Assembly (NCBI GenBank): GCA_002269645.1
Contig: NIVC01001340.1
Location: forward strand, 248,001-312,000
DNA from: Macrostomum lignano
Taxonomy: Eukaryota
Length of the DNA: 64,000 bases
Direction of reading: 5' to 3'
Made by a program: the position numbers and the translations under genes. Below the pieces are notes generated by a model. The model was not told where the DNA came from. It was given only the letters and a program-made list of their open reading frames with translations, and searched no databases. Each line of letters opens with the position of its first letter. Position 1 is the stretch's first letter. This document shows, in pieces, positions 36,061-49,127 of the stretch.

Positions 36061-39000
36061 TCAGGGGCGATTCTTGTCGGTTTTGGTCAGGCGGGCGATT
36101 CTTGTCAGCCTTGGTCAGGGGGGCGATTCTTGTCGGTTTTGGTCAGGCGGGCGATTCTTGTCAGTTTTGGTCAGGCGGGCGATTCTTGTCAGTTTTGGTC
36201 AGGGGCGATTCTTGTCAGCTTTGGCCTGGGGGTGATTCTTGTCAGTTTTGGTCAGGGGGCGATTCTTGTCAGCTTTGGCCTGGGGGTGATTCTTGTCAGT
36301 TTTGGTCAGGGGGGGGGCGATTCTTGTCAGCTTTGGTCAGGGGCGATTCTTGTCAGTTTTGGTCAGGGGGGCGATTCTTGTCAGTTTTGGTCAGGGGGGC
36401 GATTCTTGTCAGTTTTGGTCAGGGGGGCGATTCTTGTCAGTTTTGGTCAGGGGGGCGATTCTTGTCAGTTTTGGTCAGGGGGCGATTCTTGTCAGTTTTG
36501 GTCAGGGGGGCAATTCTTGTCAGTTTTGGTCAGGGGGGCGATTCTTGTCAGTTTTGGTCAGGGGGCGATTCTTGTCAGTTTTGGTCAGGGGGCGATTCTT
36601 GTCAGCTTTGGTCAGGGGCGATTCTTGTCAGTTTGGGTCAGGGGCGATTCTTGTCAGCTTTGGTCAGGGGCGATTCTTGTCAGTTTTGGTCAGGGGGGCG
36701 ATTCTTGTCAGTTTTGGTCAGGGGGGGGGCGATTCTTGTCAGCTTTGGTCAGGGGGGCGATTCTTGTCAGTTTTGGTCAAGGGGGCGATTCCTGTCAGTT
36801 TTGGTCAGGGGGCGATTCTTGTCAGTTTTGGTCAAGGGGCGATTCTTGTCAGCTTTGGTCAGGGGGCGATTCTTGTCAGTTTTGGTCAGGGGGCGATTCT
36901 TGTCAGCTTTGGTCAGGGGGCGATTCTTGTCAGCTTTGGTCAGGGGCGATTCTTGTCAGCTTTGGTCAGGGGCGATTCTTGTCAGTTTTGGTCAGGGGCG
37001 ATTCTTGTCAGTTTTGGTCAGGGGGGGGTGATTCTTGTCAGTTTTGGTCAGGGGGCGATTCTTGTCAGTTTTGGTCAGGGGGCGATTCTTGTCAGCTTTG
37101 GTCAGGGGGGCGATTCTTGTCAGTTTTGGTCAAGGGGGCGATTCTTGTCAGCCTTGGTCAGGGGGCGATTCTTGTCAGCTTTGGTCAGGGGGGCGATTCT
37201 TGTCAGTTTTGGTCAAGGAGGCGATTCTTGTCAGCTTTGGTTAGGGGCGATTCTTGTCAGTTTTGGTCAGGGGGGGGGCGATTCTTGTCAGTTTTGGTCA
37301 GGGGGGGGGGCGATTCTTGTCAGTTTTGGTCAGGGGGCGATTCTTGTCAGCTTTGGTCAGGGGGCGATTCTTGTCAGTTTTGGTCAGGGGGCGATTCTTG
37401 TTAGCCTTGGTCAGAGGGCGATTCTTGTCAGTTTTGGTCAGGGGGGGGGCGATTCTTGTCAGTTTTGGTCAGGGGGGGGGCGATTCTTGTCAGTTTTGGT
37501 CAGGGGGGCGATTCTTGTCAGTTTTGGTCAGGGGGCGATTCTTGTCAGTTTTGGTCAGGGGCGATTCTTGTCAGTTTTGGTCAGGGGGGCGATTCTTGTC
37601 AGTTTTGGTCAGGGGGGCGATTCTTGTCAGTTTTGGTCAGGGGGCAATTCTTGTCAGTTTTGGTCAGGGGGCGATTCTTGTCAGTTTTGGTCAGGGGCGA
37701 TTCTTGTCAGTTTTGGTCAGGGGGGGGCGATTCTTGTCAGCTTTGGTCAGGGGGGCGATTCTTGTCAGTTTTGGTCAGGGGGCGATTCTTGTCAGTTTTG
37801 GTCAGGGGGGCGATTCTTGTCAGTTTTGGTCAGGGGGCGATTCTTGTCAGCTTTGGTCAGGGGGGCGATTCTTGTCAGTTTTGGTCAGGGGGCGATTCTT
37901 GTCAGTTTTGGTCAGGGGGGCGATTCTTGTCAGTTTTGGTCAGGGGGGCGATTCTTGTCAGCTTTGGTCAGGGGGGCGGTTCTTGTCAGTTTTGGTCAGG
38001 GGGCGATTCTTGTCAGTTTTGGTCAGGGGGGCGATTCTTGTCAGTTTTGGTCAGGGGGGCGATTCTTGTCAGCTTTGGTCAGGGGCGATTCTTGTCAGCT
38101 TTGGTCAGGGGGCGATTCTTGTCAGTTTTGGTCACGGGGGCGATTCTTGTCAGCCTTGGTCAGGGGGGCGATTCTTGTCAGCTTTGGTCAGGGGGCGATT
38201 CTTGTCAGTTTTGGTCAGGGGGGCGATTCTTGTCAGTTTTGGTCAGGGGGGGCGATTCTTGTCAGCTTTGGTCAGGGGGCGATTCTTGTCAGTTTTGGTC
38301 AGGGGGGCGATTCTTGTTAGCCTTGGTCAGAGGGCGATTCTTGTCAGCTTTGGTCAGGGGGGCGATTCTTGTCAGTTTTGGTCAGGGGGGCGATTCTTGT
38401 CAGCTTTGGTCAGGGGGGCGATTCTTGTCAGTTTTGGTCAGGGGGCGATTCTTGTCAGCTTTGGTCAGGGGCGATTCTTGTCAGTTTTGGTCAGGGGCGA
38501 TTCTTGTCAGTTTTGGTCAGGGGGCGATTCTTGTCAGTTTTGGTCAGGGGGGCGATTCTTGTCAGTTTTGGTCAGGGGGGCGATTCTTGTCAGTTTTGGT
38601 CAGGGGGCGATTCTTGTCAGCTTTGGTCAGGGGGGCGATTCTTGTCAGCTTTGGTCAGGGGCGATTCTTGTCAGTTTTGGTCAGGGGGGCGATTCTTGTC
38701 AGTTTTGGTCAGGGGCGATTCTTGTCAGTTTTGGTCAGGGGCGATTCTTGTCAGTTTTGGTCAGGGGGGCGATTCTTGTCAGTTTTGGTCAGGGGGGCGA
38801 TTCTTGTCAGCTTTGGTTAGGGGCGATTCTTGTCAGTTTTGGTCAGGGGGCGATTCTTGTCAGTTTTGGTCAGGGGGCGATTCTTGTCAGTTTTGGTCAG
38901 GGGGCGATTCTTGTCAGCTTTGGTTAGGGGGCGATTCTTGTCAGTTTGGGTCAGGGGGCGATTCTTGTCAGCTTTGGTCAGGGGGGGGGCGATTCTTGTC

Positions 39001-40320
39001 AGTTTTGGTCAGGGGGGCGATTCTTGTCAGTTTTGGTCAGGGGGCGATTCCTGTCAGCTTTGGTCAGGGGGGCGATTCTTGTCAGTTTTGGTCAAGGGGG
39101 CGATTCTTGTCAGCCTTGGTCAGGGGGCGATTCTTGTCAGCTTTGGTCAAGGGGGCGATTCTTGTCAGCTTTGGTTAGGGGCGATTCTTGTCAGTTTTGG
39201 TCAGGGGGGGGGCGATTCTTGTCAGTTTTGGTCAGGGGGGGGGGCGATTCTTGTCAGTTTTGGTCAGGGGAGCGATTCTTGTCAGCTTTGGTCAGGGGGC
39301 GATTCTCGTCAGTTTTGGTCAGGGGGGCGATTCTTGTCAGCTTTGGTCAGGGGGGCGATTCTTGTCAGTTTTGGTCAGGGGGGCGATTCTTGTCAGTTTT
39401 GGTCAGGGGGGCGATTCTTGTCAGTTTTGGTCAGGGGGCGATTCTTGTCAGCTTTGGTCAGGGGCGATTCTTGTCAGTTTTGGTCAGGGGGGCGATTCTT
39501 GTCAGTTTTGGTCAGGGGCGATTCTTGTCAGTTTTGGTCAGGGGGCGATTCTTGTCAGTTTTGGTCAGAGGGGGGCGATTCTTGTCAGTTTGGGTCAGGG
39601 GGCGATTCTTGTCAGCTTTGGTCAGGGGCGATTCTTGTCAGTTTTGGTCAGGGGGGGGGGCGATTCTTGTCAGTTTTGGTCAGGGGGGGGCGATTCTTGT
39701 CAGTTTTGGTCAGGGGGGCGATTCTTGTCAGTTTTGGTCAGGGGGGCGATTCTTGTCAGCCTTGGTCAAGGGGCGATTCTTGTCAGCTTTGGTCAGGGGG
39801 GCGATTCTTGTCAGTTTTGGTCAAGGGGGCGATTCTTGTCAGTTTTGGTCAGGGGGGCGATTCTTGTCAGTTTTGGTCAAGGGGGCGATTCTTGTCAGCT
39901 TTGGTCAAGGGGGCGATTCTTGTCAGCTTTGGTCAGGGGGGCGATTCTTGTCAGTTTTGGTCAGGGGGGCGATTCTTGTCAGCTTTGGTCAGGGGGGCGA
40001 TTCTTGTCAGTTTTGGTCAGGGGGGCGATTCTTGTCAGTTTTGGTCAGGGGGCGATTCTTGTCAGTTTTGGTCAGGGGGCGATTCTTGTCAGCTTTGGTT
40101 AGGGGCGATTCTTGTCAGTTTTGGTCAGGGGGCGATTCTTGTCAGTTTTGGTCAGGGGGCGATTCTTGTCAGTTTTGGTCAGGGGGGCGATTCTTGTCAG
40201 CTTTGGTTAGGGGCGATTCTTGTCAGTTTTGGTCAGGGGGCGATTCTTGTCAGTTTTGGTCAGGGGGCGATTCTTGTCAGCCTTGGTCAGGGGGCGATTC
40301 TTGTCAGGGGGGGGCGATTC
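36061..40320. repeat. 4.25-kb satellite, unit G(4-9)CGATTCTTGTCAGTTTTGGTCA (about 27 bp, roughly 150 copies)
   Basis: Homogeneous tandem array between DDX18 and NAA25; accounts for all ORFs called at 36-40 kb. Confidence 0.97.
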
Positions 40321-40725
40321 TTCATCACGTGATCAGAGAGAAATTGTAAGCAAATATTAAATAGTCAAATGTCTAACCTTTACCGATGACAAACTAGGCT
40401 AAAAAGTAAATAAAAAAGCAGCAAAAGGTGACTTGCTGTCATGAAAAAATGACTATTATTTTTCAGACACCATCCATCAGATGCCATCCATCTGGTGTTA
40501 TTTGAATCACCAACCTGCCTTCAATCGGCACGCATTTCTCAATCGCAAAGCCTTGCGGGACAGCACAAAAATGCAGAACAACCAATCGCTGGGCCGGGCA
40601 CTATTAAAAGTACTTTCGCAGAAACGGGATCAAATTTTCAGTAAAATTTCGCGCCGAGAAAAATGCCAAAATTGTCAAATTATTTTTTATACGCTCTTAA
40701 AAAATAAAACAGCACAGAAGACGAG

Positions 40726-43304
40726 TTAATTGTGCAGCTTTCTGACCGCCTTTCTCTGGCCAGATTTCTTAAATTTAATGGCAGCGCCAGGACCGGTTGC
40801 GCCGCCGTGAACGCGCCGTCGCGCCGACGCCTTGCCGCTGGCGCGCACGTCCAAATCGACCAGAGGCGGCACGGCCAAGCCGAAGTTTTTCGCCGCCGCC
40901 TTCAAATCCAGTCTCTCAACGGCGAAGCACTTTTTCAGCGCGTGGCTGGCGTAGGCCCTGACGAAGCCTTTGTAGGCCTCTTGGGCGCTGCGGCACAGGT
41001 AGTAGTTCTTCTCAACCAGCTTTTCCAGCTGCGTCTGAATGTCGCTAACCTTCGACCAGCTGAACTCGTACTCGGTGACGCGAACTTTAGCGGCGCGCAA
41101 ATAAACTAGAAATGACAGCTCGTGATCGCGCAGCATCAGCAGAGCGCGGCCGGAGGCGCCGGCGCGTGCGGTGCGACCAACTCGGTGAATGTACTCCTGG
41201 GTGAGGGAGGGGTTGGGTGGGTGTACTCCTGGGTGAGGGAGGGGTTGGGTGGGTGTACTCCTGGGTGTACTTTTATATGGGGGTGTACTTCTGGGTGTAT
41301 GTACTCTTAGATGGGGTGTACTTCTGGGTGTATGTACTCTTAGATGGGGTGTACTCCTGGGTGTATGTACTCTTAGATGGGGTGTACTCCTGGGTGTATG
41401 TACTCTTAGATGGGGTGTACTCCTGGGTGTATGTACTCTTAGATGGGGTGTACTACTGGGTGTTATACTCTTGGATTGGAATGGCGGGCGGAAGCAGCAA
41501 AAGGCAACAAAGACTCGGGCAGCACAAAGACGCACCTTGGGATCGTCGGGCGGATCGTACTGGACAATCCAGTCAACCCGCGGGATATCCAAGCCTCTGG
41601 CGGCGACGTCGGTGCAGAGCAGCGTGGCCGACTCGGCCGAGCCGAACTGGAAGAATGTCTGAGTCCGTTTAGCCTGCTTCTGCTTGCCGTGAATGGCCAT
41701 GACTGGCAGGTCGATGTAGTTCAGCAGCTCGTAGTAGAATTTCACTTCCAGACAGGAGGACATGAACACCATGACTTTGCGCTTGCGGTTCTTCTTCAAG
41801 AAGGTGTACAGCACGGAGAAGCGCCGCTCGGCGGGGCAGACAACGTACCTGCGGTTTGGGAATGACAAGATTTGCATCAGAATCTGCAGTGTGGTAGGCT
41901 GTAGTGGCTTCTTTACCATCAAATGGGCGGCTTTCGTACAAATATTGGTTCCCTACCCTTCAGGTGGTGTCTCCCATACCCTTCAGGTAGTGTCTCCCAT
42001 ACCCTTCAAGGTGGTGTCTCCCATACCCTTCAAGGTGGTGTCTCCCATAGCCTTCAAGGTGGTGTCTCCCATACCCTTCAGGTAGTGTCTCCCATAGCCT
42101 TCAAGGTGGTGTCTCCCATAGCCTTCAAGGTGGTGTCTCCCATACCCTTCAGGTGGTGTCTCCCATACCCTTCAAGGTGGTGTCTCCCATACCCTTCAAG
42201 GTGGTGTCTCCCATACCCTTCAAGGTGGTGTCTCCCATACCCTTCAAGGTGGTGTCTCCCATACCCTTCAAGGTGGTGTCTCCCATACCCTCCAGGTGGT
42301 GTCTCCCATACACTTCCGGTAGTGTCTCCCATAGCCTTCAAGGTGGTGTCTCCCATACCCTTCAGGTAGTGTCTCCCATACCCTTTAGGTGGTGTCTCCC
42401 ATAGCCTTCAATTGGTGTCTCCCATAGCCTTCAAGGTGGTGTCTCCCATACCCTTAAAGGTGGTGTCTCCCATACCCTTTAGGTGGTGTCTCCCATAGCC
42501 TTCAATTGGTGTCTCCCATAGCCTTCAATTGGTGTCTCCCATAGCCTTCAATTGGTGTCACCCATAGCCTTCAATTGGTGTCTCCCATACTGCACCCTCA
42601 GACGATGTACTTCATTCCGTCATTGACTATCGTTAGCTTTTCAGATCCTACACTTATAACTGGAATTTCCCGTCAATATGATAAACCTTTCTTCCGTGCA
42701 CTAACGCTCCAGTCAGCTGATTTACAGTAAACAGAGATCATCAAAAAAGCTAAAAAGCAATGGAAAGCAATACTACTGTCGACGCCTCCCCCCCCCTACC
42801 CGAATAAACAATAGCAAAAGCACAGACAATTAGGAGACAGTCTACACCTACGTTTTCTACATCTACAGCTTAGAACCAGCGACAATTGAAGAATCAAGCG
42901 TATCGCGTTTCGGTACAAGAGCGCTATTTGCTTTAGCAGTGCGCATACACGGTTTTTTGCTGACAAGCAATGTAAATAAGCAGAATTTGAAGCATTTGCA
43001 ATTTAGGACGGGCCTGATAGTGGCACAGCTCAAAGCAGGATAATAGCAGCTGAGTAGCATTGAATGACTACTGTCCAAGGAACAAAACTGGGCAGGTGAT
43101 ATTATTAAGAAGTCAAATTGTTTTTTCTTCTGTGTTAGAAATGTCAAAATAAACTATAATGGGCAATTAGCCATACCTGTTTACCTGACTGTTAAATTGA
43201 GGGGCCGGTACAGATTACAGACGGAGAATAGAAGAATATCCGCCTAGGAAGGGGGACAGCCGAGACAGACATACAGACAGACTGGCACTAAGACAGAGGA
43301 ACAC

Positions 43305-43390
<86 letters not shown>

Positions 43391-46300
43391 GGACAGAGCC
43401 TCACCCCTGCTCCAGGCTGTCAACGGTGGCGGCCAACTCCTTGTCGTCAACGCCCACCCGGAGGCACTCGGTGCGCAGGGCCTCCTTGGCCAGGGCCCGG
43501 GTCCGATCGTTGAGCGTGGCGGTGAACAGCATCGACTGGCGCTTCTTCGGCAGCAGCCGCAGAATCTGCTTCATCTCTTCTTCGAAGCCGACATCGAGGA
43601 TTCTGTCGGCCTCATCCAGGATCAGACAGGCCAAGTTCTTATAAAGAAAGTGCTCGGTGTTCTGCAGATGGTCGAGCAGACGGCCCGGCGTAGCGATGAG
43701 GATGGTGCAGCCTTTGGCGAGGTTGCGAGCCTCTTCAGCGCGATTGGTGCCGCCCATGACAACCCCGATGCGGAAGTTGTGGTGCTTCACCAGCTCCTGG
43801 CGAACAGGAACGTTTGACAAATGTTAGAGGGTCAAACTGAGGCTTAACTATATGCATATGTACTGTTTTAATTTGGTTAGTGACTGACAGGTGTCTGGGG
43901 AATTCTCAGGTGGGCAATGAGCTTCTTATTGAAGAGTCAGTTTAGAGAGTCTGGCAGTCCATGGAAAATTCAACTGGTTTTTCACAGGCATTCCATGGAG
44001 GCTGAAACCGGTTTCTCACAGGCATTCCATAGAGGCTGAAACCGGTTTCTCACAGGCATTCCATGGAAAATTCAACCGGTTTCTCACAGGCATTCCATGG
44101 AAAATTCAACCGGTTTCTCACAGGCATTCCATGGAAAATTCAACCGGTTTCTCACAGGCATTCCATGGAGGCTGAAACCGGTTTCTCACAGGCATTCCAT
44201 GGAGGCTGAAACCGGTTTCTCACAGGCATTCCATGGAGGCTGAAACCGGTTTCTCACAGGCATTCCATGGAGGCTGAAACCGGCTTCTCACAGGCATTCC
44301 ATGGAGGCTGAAACCGGTTTCTCACAGGCATTCCATGGAGGCTGAAACCGGTTTCTCACAGGCATTCCATGGAGGCTGAAACCGGTTTCTCACAGGCATT
44401 CCATGGAAAATTCAACCGGTTTCTCACAGGCATTCCATGGAGGCTGAAACCGGTTTCTCACAGGCATTCAATGGAGGTTGAAACCGGTTTCTCACAGGCA
44501 TTCTATGGAGGTTGAAACCGGTTTCTCACAGGCATTCCATGGAAAATTCAACCGGTTTCTCACAGGCATTCCATGGAGGCTGAAACCGGTTTCTCACAGG
44601 CATTCAATGGAGGTTAAAACCGGTTTCTCACAGGCATTCTATGAAGGCTGAAACCGGTTTCTCACAGGCATTCCATGGAGGCTGAAACCGGTTTCTCACA
44701 GGCATTCCATGGAGGCTGAAACCGGTTTCTCACAGGCATTCCATGGAGGCTGAAACCGGTTTCTCACAGGCATTCCATGGAAAATTCAACCGGTTTCTCA
44801 CAGGCATTCCATGGAGACTGAAACCGGTTTCTCACAGGCATTCCATGGAGACTGAAACCGGTTTCTCACAGGCATTCCATGGAGACTGAAACCGGTTTCT
44901 CACAGGCATTCCATGGAGACTGAAACCGGTTTCTCACAGGCATTCCATGGAGACTGAAACCGGTTTCTCACAGGCATTCCATGGAGACTGAAACCGGTTT
45001 CTCACAGGCATTCCATGGAGACTGAAACCGGTTTCTCACAGGCATTCCATGGAGACTGAAACCGGTTTCTCACAGCCATTCCATTGAGGCTGATAAAAAT
45101 CCAATTAGAAGAATTTTCACTTTTATGCAATAAACTTCTTCTAGCATCGCAGGTGGCCCGATGCCGAAGGGGGGTAAATGCATAATCCTGTCGCCTTAGT
45201 GACAAGGGGTTGTCGAAATTGAATTTGATTATAATAATGGTATAACCAGATAAATAACGTGCAATACTCCCTATAAAAGCTGGTTGATTACCACTTAGCT
45301 GAAATAAGGTACAGTTTGTACTTGCTGGTAACATGGTAACAGCAGGTAACAGCACGCAGCGCGTCTCTTTGCTGTAACTCCCTTCTCATGCTGCTTTTGT
45401 ACTTCACGAGATAACAAATAAAGGAGATACACACTCAGAATCTTGTGAACTTTTCTCAGAGCCATTTACAAAACACAGGCCCGCTGTTCTCGTCCCTACT
45501 GTGGGCGATGCGATTTAAAGTCTAACTCGCTAAATTTAATAAATTATTTTCACGACTCCTGCACGACTCTACAATCACGGGACAGACTTACATGTCACGA
45601 CTCGTTGCATTTTTTGCAGTCATGGCACTCGGCAGAGGCACGTACATTTGCAACGACTTTTTCAGTGAAAATATTCCTCATTAGGGGCAAAAGAAAAGAG
45701 AAAAAAGACTTTTCGGGATTTGTCATTGGAAGTTGACTGACTCACTGACTGGCTGACTGACTGACTGGCTGACTGACTGGCTAGCTGACTGACTGACTGG
45801 CTGACTGACTGGCTAGCTGACTGACTGACTGACTGGCTGACTGACTGACTGACTGACTGACTGACTGACTGACTGACTGACTGACTGACTGGCTGACTGA
45901 CTGGCTGACTGACTGACTGACTGACTGACTGACTGACTGACTGACTGACTGACTGACTGACTGACTGGCTAGCTGACTGACTGACTGGCTGACTGACTGA
46001 CTGACTGACTGACTGACTGACTGACTGACTGACTGACTGACTGACTGGCTGACTGACTGACTGACTGACTGACTCACTGACTGGCTGACTGACTGACTGG
46101 CTGACTGACTGACTGACTGACTGACTGACTGACTGACTGACTGACTGACTGACTGACTGACTGACTGACTCACTGACTGGCTGACTGACTGACTGGCTGA
46201 CTGACTGACTGACTGACTGACTGACTGACTGACTGACTGACTGACTGACTGACTGACTGAATGACTGGCTGACTGACTGATTGACTGACTGACTGACTGA

Positions 46301-47822
46301 CTGATAGAATGACTGGCTGACTGACTGACTGACTGACTATGAGGACAGCACTCACACTATGAGGATGACAAGAGATAATTTTAGCATTTCGACAACCACT
46401 GTCTCTGTACGAGTTCGTAGGTTGCCTGATTCGAATAGCAGGAAGTGGCAAACTACAAAGCTGTGCGTGCTCGCAGGAATTATTTGGATGGGGAACTGGC
46501 CCAGAGGATAGAAATTAATTGCCGTAATATGTTTATGGCCTAATAAAACGACACCAGGATGCTTCCTAATTATGAGTAAAACAGATGCACTATTTAGGTC
46601 TACGCTCGAAAATAAATATTTAAGCAATTCATGGGATATTTAATGAACTCATGGGATACTTAATGAACTCATGGGATATTTAATGAACTCATGGGATATT
46701 TAATGAACTCATGGGATATTTAATGAACTCATGGGATATTTAATGAACTCATGGGATATTTAATGAACTCATGGGATATTTAATGAACTCATGGGATATT
46801 TCAGCAACTCATGGGATATTTAATGAACTGATTGGATATTTAATGAACTCATGGGATATTTAATGAACTCATGGGATATTTAATGAACTCATGGGATACT
46901 TAATGAACTCATGGGATATTTAATGAACTTATGGGATATTTAATGAACTCATGGGATATTTAATGAACTCATGGGATATTTAATGAACTCATGGGATATT
47001 TAATGAACTCATGGGATATTTAATGAACTCATGGGATATTTAATGAACTCATGGGATATTTAATGAACTCATGGGATATTTAATGAACTCATGGGATATT
47101 TCAGCAACTCATGGGATATTTAATGAACTGATTGGATATTTAATGAACTCATGGGATATTTCAGCAACAGCCAGTGCAGCATCAAGAGCTCACCTGCAGC
47201 ACGCCATAAGTCTGCAGGCTGAGCTCCCTAGTAGGCGATATCACAATGCAGCCAGTCCCATTGCGCGGCTTGAACTCCAATCGGCGCATCAGTTCAACAG
47301 CCGGCACCAGGAAGGCGAGAGTCTTGCCGCTGCCAGTCTTGGCCGAGGCCATGAGGTCGCGGCCCTGCAGCAGGTGAGGAATTGACCGCGCCTGGATTGG
47401 GGTCATGCTGGACATGCCCATATCGCTCAGGCCGGCTAGGGTGGCCTCGCTCAGGCCGTCAAGGCTGGCAAAGTCGGCCGTGTCGGCTACGGCGACGCCG
47501 GTTGAATTCGACTGTGCGGCGGCGGCGGCGGCAGCCGTACCCGGTGGGGCAGGCAGCCGGCCGCTGCCGGGCAGCAGGGGCTCGAACTGCGGACCTGAGG
47601 GCGCGTCGCCTGGGGCAAGAGAGGGCGTGTGGGCGATTGAGGCTATGTTGAACTGCACGGGATGGAGGATAGAAGCTGGGATATGAGAGAGAGAGATAGA
47701 GAGAGAGAGAGGAGGAGAGAGAGAGAGAAAGAGATTTGGAGCTAGGAGATAGGGAGAGTGGGAAATGGAGGGAGAAGGTGGGATACAGAGTGAGAGGGTG
47801 ATACAGAGAGGGAGACAAAGGG

Positions 47823-47897
<75 letters not shown>

Positions 47898-48148
47898 GTA
47901 TCGTTGGGCTCACCATTAGTCTCCATGCGCTCCTGGATGCCGTCAGCAGCATCAGCCGCAACGGGTGCCTTCAGCTTAGACACATCCGTGACAGGCGGCC
48001 GCGCCTTCTTGGCAGCCTGCGAGTGCAGCTTCTCCAGCTGATGAATTTTGCCCTCCACTTTGCCAATAAGCGCCTGGTCCGGGTGCTTGGCCGCCTGCAG
48101 CTTCTGCAGCGCCTGCCGCAGCCGCTTCATCTTGTTAAAAGATTTCAT
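40726..48148 (-). CDS. DDX18: DEAD-box RNA helicase DDX18/Has1, 5 exons, about 608 aa
   Basis: Exons 48148-47914, 47609-47194, 43796-43405, 41848-41536, 41196-40726 (1827 nt, phases consistent). Motifs: [34 protein letters not shown] (motif III variant), [17 protein letters not shown]. Has1-type segments FKPRNGTG and KNYYL..SAQEAYK. The start could be ATG 48148 or 48130. Confidence 0.95.
41197..41470. repeat. 32-bp and 33-bp tandem repeats containing copies of the DDX18 intron-4 acceptor
   Basis: 41197-41228 is identical to 41229-41260; 33-bp units (GTACTCTTAGATGGGGTGTACTCCTGGGTGTAT) follow. Confidence 0.95.
41950..42590. repeat. 24-bp minisatellite (GGTGGTGTCTCCCATACCCTTCAA) in DDX18 intron 3
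   Basis: Tandem units. Confidence 0.95.
43260..43392. repeat. (GACA)n microsatellite at the 5' end of DDX18 intron 3
   Basis: Direct reading. Confidence 0.9.
43960..45085. repeat. 34-bp minisatellite (GAAACCGGTTTCTCACAGGCATTCCATGGAGGCT) in DDX18 intron 2
   Basis: Tandem units with internal palindromes AACCGGTT and CCATGG. Confidence 0.95.
45735..46338. repeat. (GACT)n microsatellite in DDX18 intron 2
   Basis: Direct reading. Confidence 0.95.
46628..47165. repeat. 20-bp minisatellite (TTAATGAACTCATGGGATAT) in DDX18 intron 2
   Basis: Tandem units. Confidence 0.95.
47685..47893. repeat. (GA)n / purine-rich tract in DDX18 intron 1
   Basis: Direct reading. Confidence 0.9.
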
Positions 48149-48761
48149 GCTCGAAAACCAATAAACACAAGGGCTGGCTCTGGAGAGTGGTTGAAAAAAG
48201 TATTACGTATTCTAAAGTAGACTACGACCTTAGTATTGTTTTTTGAATAAAGACAAACATAGAAGTTAATTTAATTAAGACAGCTCGGACAGACGCAAAA
48301 CAACAGCTCAAGTAGCGAAGCCCTGATTACCCGCTCTGCTAGATTATCAATCAATTTAATTGCCATACTCTTATTTAAAGCTATCAGTTTGGTACAGGTG
48401 CACAGGTGCAGGGGCACTTGATACTAATGGATTTACTGTGGAATCAATCTAAAAATTGGATTATACAAAACAACAACAAATAAAAGAAAAAATAAAGCAC
48501 AGCACAAGAGCAGGATTAATTCACATGTCGATGCGCGTCTCGCATATGTAGGCATTAATAAAAATAAATAAATAAATGTGTGTTTTAAAGTGCTTAAATA
48601 CCTTCGTTCAATTTATTCTGCAGATTTGGAATGCAAGCCTACCTTTGGAGCTTATGGAGACACTCGCTATACTCACCGCTCAACGAAAGGACAACGATAA
48701 AATGGTTGGGCCATAGACAATTGGATACCTGTCAAGCACATCTAGGGTCATGGCTGATTTC

Positions 48762-48968
48762 CAGTCTATAGGGTCATGGCTGATTTCCAGTCTATAGGGT
48801 CATGGCTGATTCCCAGTCAATAGGGTCATTGCTGATTTCCAGTCTATAGGGTCATGGCTGATTCCCAGTCTATAGGGTCATGGCTGATTCCCAGTCTATA
48901 GGGTCATGGCTGATTCCCAGTCTATAGGGTCATGGCTGATTTCCAGTCTATAGGGTCATGGCTGATTC
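48762..48968. repeat. 26-bp minisatellite (GGGTCATGGCTGATTTCCAGTCTATA) between SLC9A8 and DDX18
   Basis: Tandem units. Confidence 0.9.
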
Positions 48969-48978
48969 CAAGCTAGTC

Positions 48979-49127
48979 AACAAGAAGAAAATTCACGGGG
49001 AAAGACCAAAACTGAAAGCGAATCCCGTGCGCATATTAGAACACAACATAAAAACAAGAAGAAAATTCACGGGGAAAGACCAAAACTGAAAGCGAATCCC
49101 GTGCGCATATTAGAACACAACATAAAA
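48979..49127. repeat. 74-bp direct tandem duplication
   Basis: AACAAGAAGAAAATTCACGGGG...AACACAACATAAAA present twice, head to tail. Confidence 0.9.

Noticed and set aside
36102-40349. Very long ORFs (up to 675 aa) with GAILVSFGQ/DSCQFWSG repeats
   Set aside because: They are translations of the 27-bp satellite, open in several frames that switch with G-run length; there is no protein signature.
43960-45085. CRISPR-like appearance (34-bp partly palindromic repeats; also 55235-55812)
   Set aside because: Units are contiguous with no unique spacers, there are no cas genes, and the context is a eukaryotic intron or spacer.
42600-46620. Intronic box C/D snoRNA in DDX18 introns
   Set aside because: No canonical RUGAUGA...CUGA pair with a terminal stem found by eye; a covariance-model search would be needed.
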